64,000 nucleotides of DNA. Origin: Acidobacteriota bacterium. Lineage in GTDB: Bacteria > Acidobacteriota > Vicinamibacteria > Vicinamibacterales > 2-12-FULL-66-21. Where the stretch lies: the NCBI GenBank assembly GCA_046734955.1, contig JBKPSH010000048.1, forward strand, positions 20,139 through 84,138. The letters run 5' to 3'. Positions 30,259-39,986 of the stretch are shown piece after piece. Position 1 is the stretch's first letter; every line of letters starts with the position of its first letter. Under the pieces are notes generated by a model. That model was not told where the DNA came from. It saw only the letters and a program-made list of their open reading frames with translations, and did no database searches. The position numbers were made by a program, and so were the translations under genes.

Positions 30259-31407
30259 CTACAACACTCGAGTAATCCATTCTCCAATCAGATAGCCGAG
30301 GGCGGCCACGCCAAACCCAACGAGGAACATGTCGCGGCCGCTCGCCCAGACACTACGGCCCGTGAAGACGCTGCGCGCCGCCCCGATCGCGAAGTGCGCG
30401 AGCATGCTGACGGCGAGCGATGTCCAGATTGCGACGCCATGGTCCAACACGAAGAACGGGACGATCGGGATAAGCGCTCCGACGGCGGTGGCTGAACCGG
30501 TCACCACGCCATCCTTAAACGGCGCAAGTTCCGCCGGATGAATATTGAGTTCCTCTCGCACCATCGCGTCGAGCGCAAGCGAGGGGTCCTGCATCATGGC
30601 GCGAGCCGTCTCACGCGCGCGATCCGGAGGCAATCCCTTCGACTCGTAGATGATCGCCAGCTCCTCCTCTTCGAGGTCGGGCATGAGCCGCATCTCGTGA
30701 CGTTCGAGATCGATCTGGTGCGCCTGAACTTCGGCTTCGCTTTTCGCCGCGAGATATCCGCTCGAGCCCATCGACAACGCGTCGGCGAGTGCGCCCGCGA
30801 CGCCGCTGATAATCACGATGTGAGGCGCCACGTCCGCGCCCAGGATGCCGGCCACCAGTCCAAAGTTTGCGGTCAGTCCGTCGTTGAAGCCGTACACGAT
30901 GCTTCGCAGATATCCACCGGATCCTCCGACGTGCCACGGTTCGCCTTCGCGGCCCATCATCTCTGACAGCTCACGCGCGTGCACGGCCGAATCCGACGCG
31001 ATGTCGATAGCAGCCTTGTGAGTCTGGCGGTGCTTCGAGTGCCGCGCCAGGCCGAGGTACGCCTGCACTTCGCGTCCCTCTTCCGCGAGCATGAGCGGCA
31101 AAATCACCGCGGTGCCAAAGTGCTTCGCGATCCAGGCGAGGACGCGCGTGCGCCGCGCGGTTGTATAGGCGGGCAACCGACGGCCACTCTGCGCAAATAA
31201 CTCGCGCCACCGCTCCGCGTGGCGGTCTTCGACGACGGCAAGCTTCTCGAATAGTTGCTTTCGATTCTGATCGCGTTCGAAGGCGGCTAACGCCCGATAG
31301 AGGAAGGCAGCATCCTGTTCGTCGCGGTAGTGTTCGTCCCAGGACGGATCGGGCTGGGGCGGGTCGGACGCCGAGCTTCCCGGCTGAGGCGGCGCGGTCG
31401 TCTCCAT
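30259..31407 (-). CDS. VIT1/CCC1 transporter with N-terminal ferritin/rubrerythrin-like domain (MbfA-like)
   Basis: E...VEDRH acidic/His helices followed by VYGFNDGL...ALSMGSSGYL. Confidence 0.88.
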   Translation of the reverse strand: METTAPPQPGSSASDPPQPDPSWDEHYRDEQDAAFLYRALAAFERDQNRKQLFEKLAVVEDRHAERWRELFAQSGRRLPAYTTARRTRVLAWIAKHFGTAVILPLMLAEEGREVQAYLGLARHSKHRQTHKAAIDIASDSAVHARELSEMMGREGEPWHVGGSGGYLRSIVYGFNDGLTANFGLVAGILGADVAPHIVIISGVAGALADALSMGSSGYLAAKSEAEVQAHQIDLERHEMRLMPDLEEEELAIIYESKGLPPDRARETARAMMQDPSLALDAMVREELNIHPAELAPFKDGVVTGSATAVGALIPIVPFFVLDHGVAIWTSLAVSMLAHFAIGAARSVFTGRSVWASGRDMFLVGFGVAALGYLIGEWITRVL

Positions 31408-31460
31408 CCGATCAGCATAGCCGCTTTACTCGTTCGCGTGCTAGCCGATACCATGCCGCG

Positions 31461-31937
31461 GTGACGCGTGAGACAGAAGATCTCGCCTTCGATCACTCGA
31501 TCCTGATTACGGCCGCACCGACGCGCGTGCTCGCCGCATTCTTCGATCCCGCTGCGCTTCGAACATGGTGGCAGACCGTGCGTTCGGTCACGACGGCGCG
31601 GCCGCTTGGAATCTACGCCGTCGAATGGGAGCCCACGATTGAAGCCGACGAACTCCTCGGTCGTCTCGGCGGGGTGTTTTACGGCACCGTGATGGAGTAC
31701 CAACCCGGTCGTGAACTCGTGATCGCCGATGCGTGGTGGTTACCGCCGGACACCGGACCGATCGGCCCGATGTCACTTCAGGTGCAGTGCGCGATGGACG
31801 GACCGGCGTGCCGGGTTCACGTTCGTCAGAGCGGGTTCGAGGACACGCCGCGCTGGCGGCGCTATTACGGCGTCATTGAAGTCGGCTGGTTGAAGTCGAT
31901 TGTCGCGCTGAAGCAGTACGTCGAAAATCTCGGATAG
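31461..31937 (+). CDS. SRPBCC / AHSA1-like domain protein
   Basis: I.I.AAPTRV..AFFDP..L..WW...GW...L..LK pattern; GTG start. Confidence 0.8.
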   Translation: MTRETEDLAFDHSILITAAPTRVLAAFFDPAALRTWWQTVRSVTTARPLGIYAVEWEPTIEADELLGRLGGVFYGTVMEYQPGRELVIADAWWLPPDTGPIGPMSLQVQCAMDGPACRVHVRQSGFEDTPRWRRYYGVIEVGWLKSIVALKQYVENLG

Positions 31938-32062
31938 CTTCATTTAATCAACATCGCTCCCTGTCACGCTGCATTCCGACTAAGAGATGAACATCTCCTT
32001 TCTCCTGTTTGTCTCAAGACTGAATCGCAGTCGCACTGTGAAGGATGCTGATACGAAGAGTG

Positions 32063-33460
32063 TCAGCCAATTCTTTGCACATTCAAGAAATTTGAATCGA
32101 TCCGCGCGAGCTCATCGCTCACGTTGATGAACACGACGACTTCGCCTCGTGGAAGGATTCGCCGCTCGACCAGCATGTGCGCCAGGCGTTCCTCGTTGCG
32201 CTCGGTCGAAACAATCGGAACAACACCCTTCAGCAGCGTCAGCATCCGCGCCAATTCTTCATTCTCCGTGGCTGCATAGATGGTTGCGGCAGGACGAAGT
32301 GCGGAGAGAAGCCATGCCGTCTTCCCCTCGCGTGTGACCGCGATGATGGCGGCGGCCTGGCCGGTGGTGGAGAGCGTCACTGCCGCCTCACACAACGCCA
32401 GGCCGTGGCGGCTTTCGACGGAGTTCGTTGACAGCGCCACCCGTTCAGATGGAATCCGTTCGGCGTCTTCGATGACGCGGCTCAGTGTCTGCACTGACTC
32501 GATCGGGTACTTTCCCGCCGCCGTTTCGCCCGAGAGCATGACGGCGTCGGCCCCTTCTTCGACCGAGTTGGCCGCATCACTCACCTCCGCCCTCGTCGGC
32601 CGCGGCGATTCGCGCATGGATTCGAGCACCTGGGTCGCGACGATCACGGGCCGGCCAGCGGTGCGGGCCGATCGAATGATCTGCTTCTGGACTCGAGGAA
32701 CCTGCTCGAGTGGCATTTCAAGTCCCAAATCACCGCGGGCGACCATCACGCCGTGTGCCTCAGACAGAATCGCGGTCAGGTTCTCTATCGCCGCCGGCCG
32801 TTCAATTTTGGCAACAATTGGGACGGTTCGACCGGCCTCACGCATCAGTTCCTTCGCTCGAACCACATCGGCCGCTGTCTGCACGAAGCTGAGCGCCACG
32901 AAGTCAACGCCAAGTTCGAGTCCAAAGCGGAGATCGGCAGCGTCCTTGTCGGTGATGCACGATGCCGGAAGGCGCACGCCGGGAGCATTGATGCCCTTGT
33001 GTTCGCCGAGCGGGCCGCCGGTCACCACGACCGTCTTCAATTCGTTGGCTGACGCCTCGCGCACCCGTAATTCGATTTTGCCGTCGTCGAGGAGGAGACG
33101 ATCGCCTGGACGTGCCGATCGGACTAGCTCGATGAACGTGGTGTAAACGCGACCCGGCCCGCCGACCTCATCGCCACCGACAATCGTGAGGTGGTCTCCC
33201 TCATGAAGCGGGATCGCCGAACCACCAGCGAGCAAACCGGTCCGGATCTTCGGTCCACTGAGATCTTGCATGATGCCGGCAATACGGCCAGTGCCAGCGG
33301 ACGCGTCGCGAATGGTTCGGTACGCGGCAGTGTGCGACTCGTGCGTGCCATGCGAGAAGTTCAACCGAAACAGATCGACGCCGGCAACAAGGAGCGCTTC
33401 GATCATCTGCGGACTATTCGAAGCGGGCCCGACAGTCGCAACAATCTTGGTGTGTCTCAT
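32063..33460 (-). CDS. pyk: Pyruvate kinase
   Basis: TKIVATVGP, RLNFSHG, AKIER, VARGDLG, ATQ.LESM and MLSGETA motifs. Confidence 0.97.
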   Translation of the reverse strand: MRHTKIVATVGPASNSPQMIEALLVAGVDLFRLNFSHGTHESHTAAYRTIRDASAGTGRIAGIMQDLSGPKIRTGLLAGGSAIPLHEGDHLTIVGGDEVGGPGRVYTTFIELVRSARPGDRLLLDDGKIELRVREASANELKTVVVTGGPLGEHKGINAPGVRLPASCITDKDAADLRFGLELGVDFVALSFVQTAADVVRAKELMREAGRTVPIVAKIERPAAIENLTAILSEAHGVMVARGDLGLEMPLEQVPRVQKQIIRSARTAGRPVIVATQVLESMRESPRPTRAEVSDAANSVEEGADAVMLSGETAAGKYPIESVQTLSRVIEDAERIPSERVALSTNSVESRHGLALCEAAVTLSTTGQAAAIIAVTREGKTAWLLSALRPAATIYAATENEELARMLTLLKGVVPIVSTERNEERLAHMLVERRILPRGEVVVFINVSDELARIDSNFLNVQRIG

Positions 33461-33470
33461 TCGTCATCGC

Positions 33471-33570
33471 CGGGCGGCTTCGCCCCCGCGGCCCCCCACA
33501 CGCTCTCTCGCGAGCCGCTTCGACGGCTCGCTTCCCCCTCCGCTAAAGCTACGGCCAGACCTCGCCGGAG
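33471..33570. repeat. GC-rich palindromic intergenic element (REP/MITE-like)
   Basis: ggcggcttcgcc hairpin, perfect gcgagccg-cttcga-cggctcgc stem (33510-33531), then cctccgctaaagctacggc. Confidence 0.6.
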
Positions 33571-33576
33571 CAACGG

Positions 33577-34704
33577 TCAATTCAGACGTTGCGAAGGCGG
33601 GGACGCCCAGGGATCTACGAGCGCCTTGGTGATCCGCATCGATTCCGCATCGGCAAGCGCCTCGTCGAGTTGATCGAGACGATAACTTCGCTCGCCAATC
33701 GCGTCGAATGGCACGTCGGATCCAAGGCGCTCGAGGAACGTCAGCGCGCGAAGAAAATGCGCCGGTTCACTGCCCCAGCAGCCGCGAATCTCGAGATGTT
33801 TACGGTTGATCGCGGTATGCACGTTCACCGCGCTCGAACCCACATCGGTGTAGTGTCCGGCGACGATGTAGCGGCCGCCGTCGCGTGCAAGATAGGGCCC
33901 TTCCTCGAACGCGCGCGCGGACCCGGCCGCTTCAACGACCACGTCGACGCCCTCACCCTGCGTCAGCGCTCGCACCTGTGCGAGCCGATCCTCGACAGAA
34001 GTCGTGGTCAAATCGAACACGCGATCAGCTCCCATGCGCCGCGCAAGGTCGAGACGACTCGGTGGAGTCCCAATCGCAAGAATCGTGGCCGCGCCACTGG
34101 CGCGCGCGAGAGCGATCGTGCTCAGGCCGACGGCGCCCGTGCCCTGCACGAGCACGGTTTCACCAGCGCGAAGCCCGGCGCGTTCGATGATGTGCACCGC
34201 CGTCAGCAGCCCGCAGCCACCGCCGATGTACTGATCGAATGTGACGCGATCGGGAAGCCGGGCGATGTGAACGCCCGGCTCCAGGTAAATGGCTTGCGAC
34301 CAGCCGCCCAGCAATCCTTCGTCAGCGGAATCGGTAATTCCATAGACGCGTCGTTCGATACATCGCGTCGGCGTGCGATGAACAGCGCACGGGCGGCAAC
34401 GGCCGCAGGTTCGATGAACGTCGAAAAACACGGCACGATCGCCTTCGCGCAGTTCAGTGCCATCAAGACCGCGAACAGGCCCGCGGATCGCGTCAAGGAC
34501 GCCGGCTGAGACGTGTCCGGGGATGATCGGATAGGGCACGCCGGACAAACGGCCGTGCCAGAGGTGAACGTCGGTGCCACACACCTCGGATCGCGCGGTC
34601 CGGAGCAACGCAGCACCGACCGGTAGATCAGGACGCGGGTACTCGCGAATCTCGATCGGCCGCTTTGGCGCTGGCATGATGGCGGCAAGGATGCGATCAC
34701 TCAC
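33577..34704 (-). CDS. Zn-dependent medium-chain alcohol dehydrogenase
   Basis: CGTD, GH, CGRCRPC...C structural Zn site, GTGAVG. Confidence 0.92.
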   Translation of the reverse strand: MSDRILAAIMPAPKRPIEIREYPRPDLPVGAALLRTARSEVCGTDVHLWHGRLSGVPYPIIPGHVSAGVLDAIRGPVRGLDGTELREGDRAVFFDVHRTCGRCRPCAVHRTPTRCIERRVYGITDSADEGLLGGWSQAIYLEPGVHIARLPDRVTFDQYIGGGCGLLTAVHIIERAGLRAGETVLVQGTGAVGLSTIALARASGAATILAIGTPPSRLDLARRMGADRVFDLTTTSVEDRLAQVRALTQGEGVDVVVEAAGSARAFEEGPYLARDGGRYIVAGHYTDVGSSAVNVHTAINRKHLEIRGCWGSEPAHFLRALTFLERLGSDVPFDAIGERSYRLDQLDEALADAESMRITKALVDPWASPPSQRLN

Positions 34705-34792
34705 GGCGTACGTTACCCTTAAATGAACAGAGACACGCGAGATCGGTCCACAGGCTGAAAATCGCTAGCTTACCATTCACGTGCGTCCACAA

Positions 34793-35482
34793 ATGTTGCA
34801 ACGATTTGTGATCACATCCGCCGTGTTGGCGGTCATTGGCTGCGCCATAGCCGCAGAGGCGCAGACGTATACGCCGCGGAAAGCGCGGCGGCAGTTCGTG
34901 ACCGTGAGCACCGATTGGCTCAACACTCAGCCACTCCACTTTCTCGAACATCCACTCGAGGATCTCGTTGGCCGCGCGGTGGCTACTGCGCAGTTTCAGT
35001 CTTACGACTATCGAACGCGCGATGAAGCCATTCAGATCGACGTGCAGGAATTCAGCCGGCACGGTCGCGGCGCTGGTATCACCGTCTATCCCCTCGGAAT
35101 CAATGTCGGCACGGCGTTCGCCATCCGCCTGAGCCGGGAGGATCTGCCGACGATACGTATCGGCTTCGCGGGAACGGGGGCGCCGCCGAATTACACACTT
35201 CAGAGTGCGCGCGCATACGATGTAGGCGCGTCGCTCTTCGTTGCCGATCATTCGCCCGGCTGGGGCCTTGGGAGTCACGCGTTCGTGGGCGGAGGCGTGG
35301 GACGAATCAACAGCGAATTGAGTAATGGGAAGCGCTACTTCGCCGAAGGGGGAGGAGGACTCAGCTCAGGGCCGCTGGGTGTCGAACTCGCGGTGAAGTT
35401 CGCGTGGAATCAGCTCAACGAACCGATCGATCACAAGTTCTTCACCGTGCCCATAACGATCCGCGCGACGCTCACATTCTGA
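34793..35482 (+). CDS. Secreted hypothetical protein, possibly an outer-membrane beta-barrel
   Basis: Signal peptide AEA|Q, alternating Gly/aromatic strands, terminal Phe (ATLTF). Confidence 0.7.
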   Translation: MLQRFVITSAVLAVIGCAIAAEAQTYTPRKARRQFVTVSTDWLNTQPLHFLEHPLEDLVGRAVATAQFQSYDYRTRDEAIQIDVQEFSRHGRGAGITVYPLGINVGTAFAIRLSREDLPTIRIGFAGTGAPPNYTLQSARAYDVGASLFVADHSPGWGLGSHAFVGGGVGRINSELSNGKRYFAEGGGGLSSGPLGVELAVKFAWNQLNEPIDHKFFTVPITIRATLTF

Positions 35483-35488
35483 TTTTCC

Positions 35489-35641
35489 ATGACCGTTGAA
35501 GACTGGTTGAAAGCCGCTGGCGAGGACGCAGAGCGGCGAGGACTCCCCGAGTTGAAGCCGCTTCTGGAGAGTCTCGCGCGCGCCACGATCGCGTTGAGGG
35601 AAGCCGATCGCCTGATCGATCGCGGGCACGGCACGTCATGA
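35489..35641 (+). CDS. 50-aa helical protein translationally coupled to the amidase
   Basis: MTVEDWLKAAGEDAERRGLPELKPLLESLARATIALREADRLIDRGHGTS*; ATGA overlap at 35638-35641; not in the ORF track. Confidence 0.7.
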   Translation: MTVEDWLKAAGEDAERRGLPELKPLLESLARATIALREADRLIDRGHGTS

Positions 35642-37005
35642 GCCTGACGCTCCCCTCCATCGAGGATGTCTCGGCGCAATTAAAGTCGCGATCGATCTCA
35701 CCCGTGGATCTCGTGCACGCGTGTCTCGACCGCATCGAGTCACGGCTCGAGCTGAATGCGTTCATCACCGTGATGGCTGACGGTGCGGTCACCGCAGCCG
35801 AAATCGCAGAACGAGAAATTGCGGCCGGCCACTATCGCGGTCCGCTGCATGGCATCCCGATCTCAGTGAAGGATCTCGTCGATGTCGCGGGCACGCCGAC
35901 GACCTCAGGGTCTGCGGTCGCGCCACGGCTTCCGGCCAGCGATGCGCCAATCGTGACGCGACTTCGCGATGCCGGGGCGATCATCATTGGAAAAACGAAC
36001 CTGCATGAGTTCGCATTCGGGACCACCAGCGAAGAATCCGCCTTCGGTCCGGTCCATCATCCAAAAGATCCGGCGCGATCGCCCGGTGGATCCAGTGGCG
36101 GCGCGGCGGTCGCACTGGTCGAAGGCATGTGCTTCGGATCGATCGGCACCGACACCGGAGGATCGATTCGCATTCCATCGGCCGTCTGCGGAACGGTTGG
36201 TCTGAAACCAACCTATGGCGAATTACCGTGCGAGGGCATCGTCCCACTGAGCACGACGCTCGATCACGTTGGACCGATGGCGAGATCGGTCGCCGACGTG
36301 GCGTTGATGTTCAACGCCATGAGCGCGCACTCGCATCCGCTCCGGGTAATCGGACAGGAGCGGAAGTATGTCTTCGGTGTTCCCGAACCATATTTCTGCG
36401 AACGGCTGCATCCCGACGTGAGATCGGCGCTGATTCGGACGCGGCAGGCGCTCGCCAGGGAAGGTCATGAGGTTCGCCGCGTGGTTATCGAGCACGCGGC
36501 TCGAACCGCCGACGTGTATCTGCACATCGTCCTGCCTGAAGCCTCCTGGTATCACGCCCCGATGCTCTCGGCGCAGCCGGACCGCTATTCGCCCGGCGTC
36601 CGTCTCCGATTGGAGATGGGCAGGTACGTGCTTGCGGAAGACTACGTTCGGGCAATGCAGTTGCGCGAAGTGCTCCGTAGTGCAGTCAATGAGACGCTGA
36701 CGGGATGCGACGCTCTGCTGTTGCCGGCACAGCCGATTCCCGCCCCGGAACTGGGAGCGGCGACGGTGGACGTCGACGGTTCACGTGAGCCGGTTCGCGC
36801 GATCATGCTGCGGCTGACTCAACTCTTCAATATCACCGGCCATCCGTCGATTGCCATCCCGGCGGGCACAACGCACGATGGCTGGCCCATCGGGATCCAG
36901 CTCGTCGGCCATGTGGATGCTACAAGCCAGCTGCTTCAAGTCGCCGCAACTGTCGAGCCTTACAGCACGGGCGGCGACGGATCCGTCGGCGGCGGCACCG
37001 GATGA
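35638..37005 (+). CDS. Amidase-signature family enzyme (GatA/AtzE-like)
   Basis: GPLHGIP..VKD, GKTNLHEFA, GGSSGG and GTDTGGSIR motifs. Confidence 0.93.
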   Translation: MSLTLPSIEDVSAQLKSRSISPVDLVHACLDRIESRLELNAFITVMADGAVTAAEIAEREIAAGHYRGPLHGIPISVKDLVDVAGTPTTSGSAVAPRLPASDAPIVTRLRDAGAIIIGKTNLHEFAFGTTSEESAFGPVHHPKDPARSPGGSSGGAAVALVEGMCFGSIGTDTGGSIRIPSAVCGTVGLKPTYGELPCEGIVPLSTTLDHVGPMARSVADVALMFNAMSAHSHPLRVIGQERKYVFGVPEPYFCERLHPDVRSALIRTRQALAREGHEVRRVVIEHAARTADVYLHIVLPEASWYHAPMLSAQPDRYSPGVRLRLEMGRYVLAEDYVRAMQLREVLRSAVNETLTGCDALLLPAQPIPAPELGAATVDVDGSREPVRAIMLRLTQLFNITGHPSIAIPAGTTHDGWPIGIQLVGHVDATSQLLQVAATVEPYSTGGDGSVGGGTG

Positions 37006-37124
37006 ACGTCGGGCTCGTCTTCCCCCGCAGGGTCACCCGGCGGCACCGGCACTTTCGGTGGGGGCAGCTGGTTAATCACGTCCGGCGGATGCGGAGTATC
37101 GGGTACAGGTGGTTGTTCGATCAT
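36960..37124 (-). CDS. Small Pro/Asp-rich disordered protein
   Basis: MIEQPPVPDTPHPPDVINQLPPPKVPVPPGDP...; overlaps the amidase 3' end convergently. Confidence 0.4.
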   Translation of the reverse strand: MIEQPPVPDTPHPPDVINQLPPPKVPVPPGDPAGEDEPDVHPVPPPTDPSPPVL

Positions 37125-37158
37125 GCCGGCAATGAAATGCAACATGGCTGCCGAAGGT

Positions 37159-37218
37159 ATGTTCAATGTTCAATGTTCAATGTTCAATGTTTGCCGTGAG
37201 CATTGAGCATTGATCATT
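37159..37218. repeat. Heptamer array plus inverted array (ATGTTCA x4-5 / GAGCATT x3)
   Basis: atgttca x4, atgtttg, ccgt, gagcatt gagcatt gatcatt; same unit family as 23584-23662. Confidence 0.88.
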
Positions 37219-37234
37219 AAGAGAGGGTTCACGA

Positions 37235-38245
37235 TTGATTGCGCGCGTCTTCCACAACTGGGAACGTAAATTGGCCGCCGCCGCGGAAAACCGCGTCGTT
37301 CGGCCATTCGAATGGGGTCTCGAGTGGATCGAAGGCATTAAGGCGGAAGACCACGATGTCGCGGAGCGTCTTGCCGAGTGGGCGTCGCACACGGTTGCGG
37401 CGAGTGATGCATTTTTTGCCCTGCCACCATGCGATGAATACACGCTGACCGGAGATCGCCTCGCGTTTCCGAGTGCGGTCGCAACCCCGCATCCCGAAAA
37501 CAACGTTGTGCACGCGCGCTATTTCCCGGAACGCTCCGAGCGCGGGAAGAGGCGAGCGGTGGTCGTTCTTCCCCAGTGGAACGCGGACTCAGAAGGACAC
37601 GCCGGCCTGTGCCGCTTGATCAATAAGTTCGGGATCAGCGCTCTCCGATTGAGTCTTCCCTACCACGACGCGCGCATGCCTGCCGAACTCCGGCGTGCCG
37701 ATTACATCGTCAGTTCGAATGTGGGTCGAACTGCTCAAGTCTGCCGGCAGGCCGTGCTCGATACGCGGCGCGCAATTGCCTGGCTCGCGCGAGAAGGCTA
37801 CGAGTCGATCGGTATCCTGGGGACCAGTCTCGGATCGTGCCTGGCGATGCTCACCGCGGCACACGAGCCACTCGTCAAGGCTGCAGCGCTCAACCACATC
37901 TCGCCGTACTTCGCAGATGTGATCTGGGAAGGGCTGTCGACCGAACACGTGCGCGCGAGTCTCGATGGACGGATTCAGCTCGACACGCTGCGTCAGATCT
38001 GGATGCCGATCTCGCCCTTTCCATATCTCGAACGTGTTCAGGGGAAGCATGTGCTGCTCGTCTACGCAAGGTACGATTTGACGTTCCCTGTCGCGCTCTC
38101 GAAAATGCTGGTCAACGAGTTCCGCCGTCGTGATATCGATCACGAGGTCGCCGTGCTGCCGTGCGGTCACTACAGCACGGGCGTCACGCCGTTCAAGTGG
38201 ATTGATGGACTCATCCTGTGTCGGTTCTTAAACAAGAGTCTCTGA
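37235..38245 (+). CDS. Alpha/beta hydrolase (ABHD18/DUF2048-like)
   Basis: LPYH..R, GTSLG nucleophile, D and CGH. Confidence 0.8.
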   Translation: MIARVFHNWERKLAAAAENRVVRPFEWGLEWIEGIKAEDHDVAERLAEWASHTVAASDAFFALPPCDEYTLTGDRLAFPSAVATPHPENNVVHARYFPERSERGKRRAVVVLPQWNADSEGHAGLCRLINKFGISALRLSLPYHDARMPAELRRADYIVSSNVGRTAQVCRQAVLDTRRAIAWLAREGYESIGILGTSLGSCLAMLTAAHEPLVKAAALNHISPYFADVIWEGLSTEHVRASLDGRIQLDTLRQIWMPISPFPYLERVQGKHVLLVYARYDLTFPVALSKMLVNEFRRRDIDHEVAVLPCGHYSTGVTPFKWIDGLILCRFLNKSL

Positions 38246-38294
38246 ATTGCTGATTGTTGATTTTTGATTGCTGATTGCAGTGATTGCAGACTGA
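38244..38294. repeat. Heptamer array TGATTGY, ~6 units
   Basis: gaattgc tgattgt tgatttt tgattgc tgattgc ag tgattgc. Confidence 0.8.
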
Positions 38295-38339
38295 CGAGAG
38301 TAGTCGGCGGTCTTTAGACCGCGGAGACAGTGAGCAATT

Positions 38340-38543
38340 TCAGAGGAACTTCAGAATTCCCCTGAGAGCGTCGTACAACACCCCTGCCACGGCACGAACG
38401 ATTGGAGACACTTCCCCGTTCGCAATGTTCTCCGCCGTGCTGACCGGCTGTGTAACGAGAAGGTAAATCAATCCGGCGGCGAACGCTGCCGTCAGGATCC
38501 CGATGATCCCTGCGAGGCTAAGGGTGCGCTGAGCTAGACCCAT
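38340..38543 (-). CDS. Small membrane protein
   Basis: One TM helix plus an amphipathic C-terminal helix. Confidence 0.6.
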   Translation of the reverse strand: MGLAQRTLSLAGIIGILTAAFAAGLIYLLVTQPVSTAENIANGEVSPIVRAVAGVLYDALRGILKFL

Positions 38544-38621
38544 AGGAATCGATACAGTGTACATCGACCCCGCACAACTGTCAGTTGGACGGAAGTACCC
38601 GACGAACGGTTCACTTGGCTG

Positions 38622-39986
38622 TCACACTGGCGCTAACTCTGATGCGACGCCAAGGTTCAGACGCGGCAGCGCCGGCGTGACTTTTTCGCGGTCGCCGACG
38701 ATCACCGTCACTAACCGTGATGGATCGATGTACTGTTCGGCAACGCGCGTGACTGCTGCTTCGTCGACAGCGAGCACTTTGGGTACGAAGGTAGAGAAAT
38801 AGTCGTCGGGCAGATCGTAGAGCGCGAGCTGCGCGGCGCCCCGGCTGATGTGCTCCGCGGTTTCGAAGTTTCGTGGATAGCCGCGCGTCAACGCCGCTCG
38901 CCCGGCGCGAAGCTCCGCGGCGGTCACCGGGCGCGGTCCGCGAATCGCCTGCAGCTCGTCGAGCGCCTCGACGATCGCGTCGACCGTCACTTCCGACTGC
39001 ACGCTCGCGTTCAGCACAAACGGGCCCGCCTCGCGACGGAAATCGAACGATGTTCGTGCTCCGTAGGTGTATCCCTTGTCCTCACGCAAGTTCATGTTGA
39101 TTCGGCTCACGAACTGCCCACCGAGGATGATGTTCAGCACAACCAGCGCGTGATAGTCCGGCGTCCGCCGCGGCGCAGCGACGTGCCCGATCCGGAGCTC
39201 GGACTGCGCCGCGCCGGGCCGATGCAGCAGCGCCAGCCGATCCCGAGGCGCGGGCGGCAGCTGCCACGTCGACGGATCGATCGCCTCGGCCAACGGGCGC
39301 CAGTTCCCGAATGCCCCTTCCACCGCGGCGGCCAGCGCCTCGTGGCTCGCATCGCCGGCGGCGATTACGAACATTCGAGACGGCGTAAACATCATCCGGT
39401 GAAATCTGCTCACCTCGTCGAGCGTCAGCGCCTGCAGCGATGCTTCGGTGCCGAGTGGCATGTGTCCGTACGGATGCTCGCCGTACAACAACCGCGCGAA
39501 CGCGCGATCGGCAAGCGCGGGTGCCAGATCCCGCAATTGAATCAGGCGATTCAGGCGCAGCTGGCGGACCCGGTGAAAGTCGGTCGCCTCCAGACGCGGA
39601 CGCAAGATCATGTCGGCGAGCAGAGCGCTCGCGCGATCCGCATAACGGGCGAGACTCGAAAGGGTCAGGATGGTGGCATCGGACCCAATTTCCGAATCGA
39701 GGTGGCCCCCGATGCGTCCGAGCGCATCGTGCAGCTCCATCGCGTCGAGATCGCCGCATCCCTCGTCGAGCATGTCGCTGGTGATCGCAGCGAGTCCTGG
39801 CCGGTCCTGCGGATCGGCCGATGCACCGATCGGCAGCATCGCGAGAAAACTGACCAGCGGAACGGCGTCATGTTCGATGGTCCAGACACGAAGGCCGTTA
39901 TCGAGGGTATGTCGGCGGATTTCAGGAAAGCGCAGGAGCGGATCAGCGCCGAGCGCGGGAAGCCGCGCGCGATCGACGCGCATCAC
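38622..39986 (-). CDS. M16B peptidase, non-catalytic subunit (no HxxEH)
   Basis: LDNGLRV, PGLA..T..ML.EG, R..MNLREDKGYTYG. Confidence 0.9.
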   Translation of the reverse strand: MMRVDRARLPALGADPLLRFPEIRRHTLDNGLRVWTIEHDAVPLVSFLAMLPIGASADPQDRPGLAAITSDMLDEGCGDLDAMELHDALGRIGGHLDSEIGSDATILTLSSLARYADRASALLADMILRPRLEATDFHRVRQLRLNRLIQLRDLAPALADRAFARLLYGEHPYGHMPLGTEASLQALTLDEVSRFHRMMFTPSRMFVIAAGDASHEALAAAVEGAFGNWRPLAEAIDPSTWQLPPAPRDRLALLHRPGAAQSELRIGHVAAPRRTPDYHALVVLNIILGGQFVSRINMNLREDKGYTYGARTSFDFRREAGPFVLNASVQSEVTVDAIVEALDELQAIRGPRPVTAAELRAGRAALTRGYPRNFETAEHISRGAAQLALYDLPDDYFSTFVPKVLAVDEAAVTRVAEQYIDPSRLVTVIVGDREKVTPALPRLNLGVASELAPV

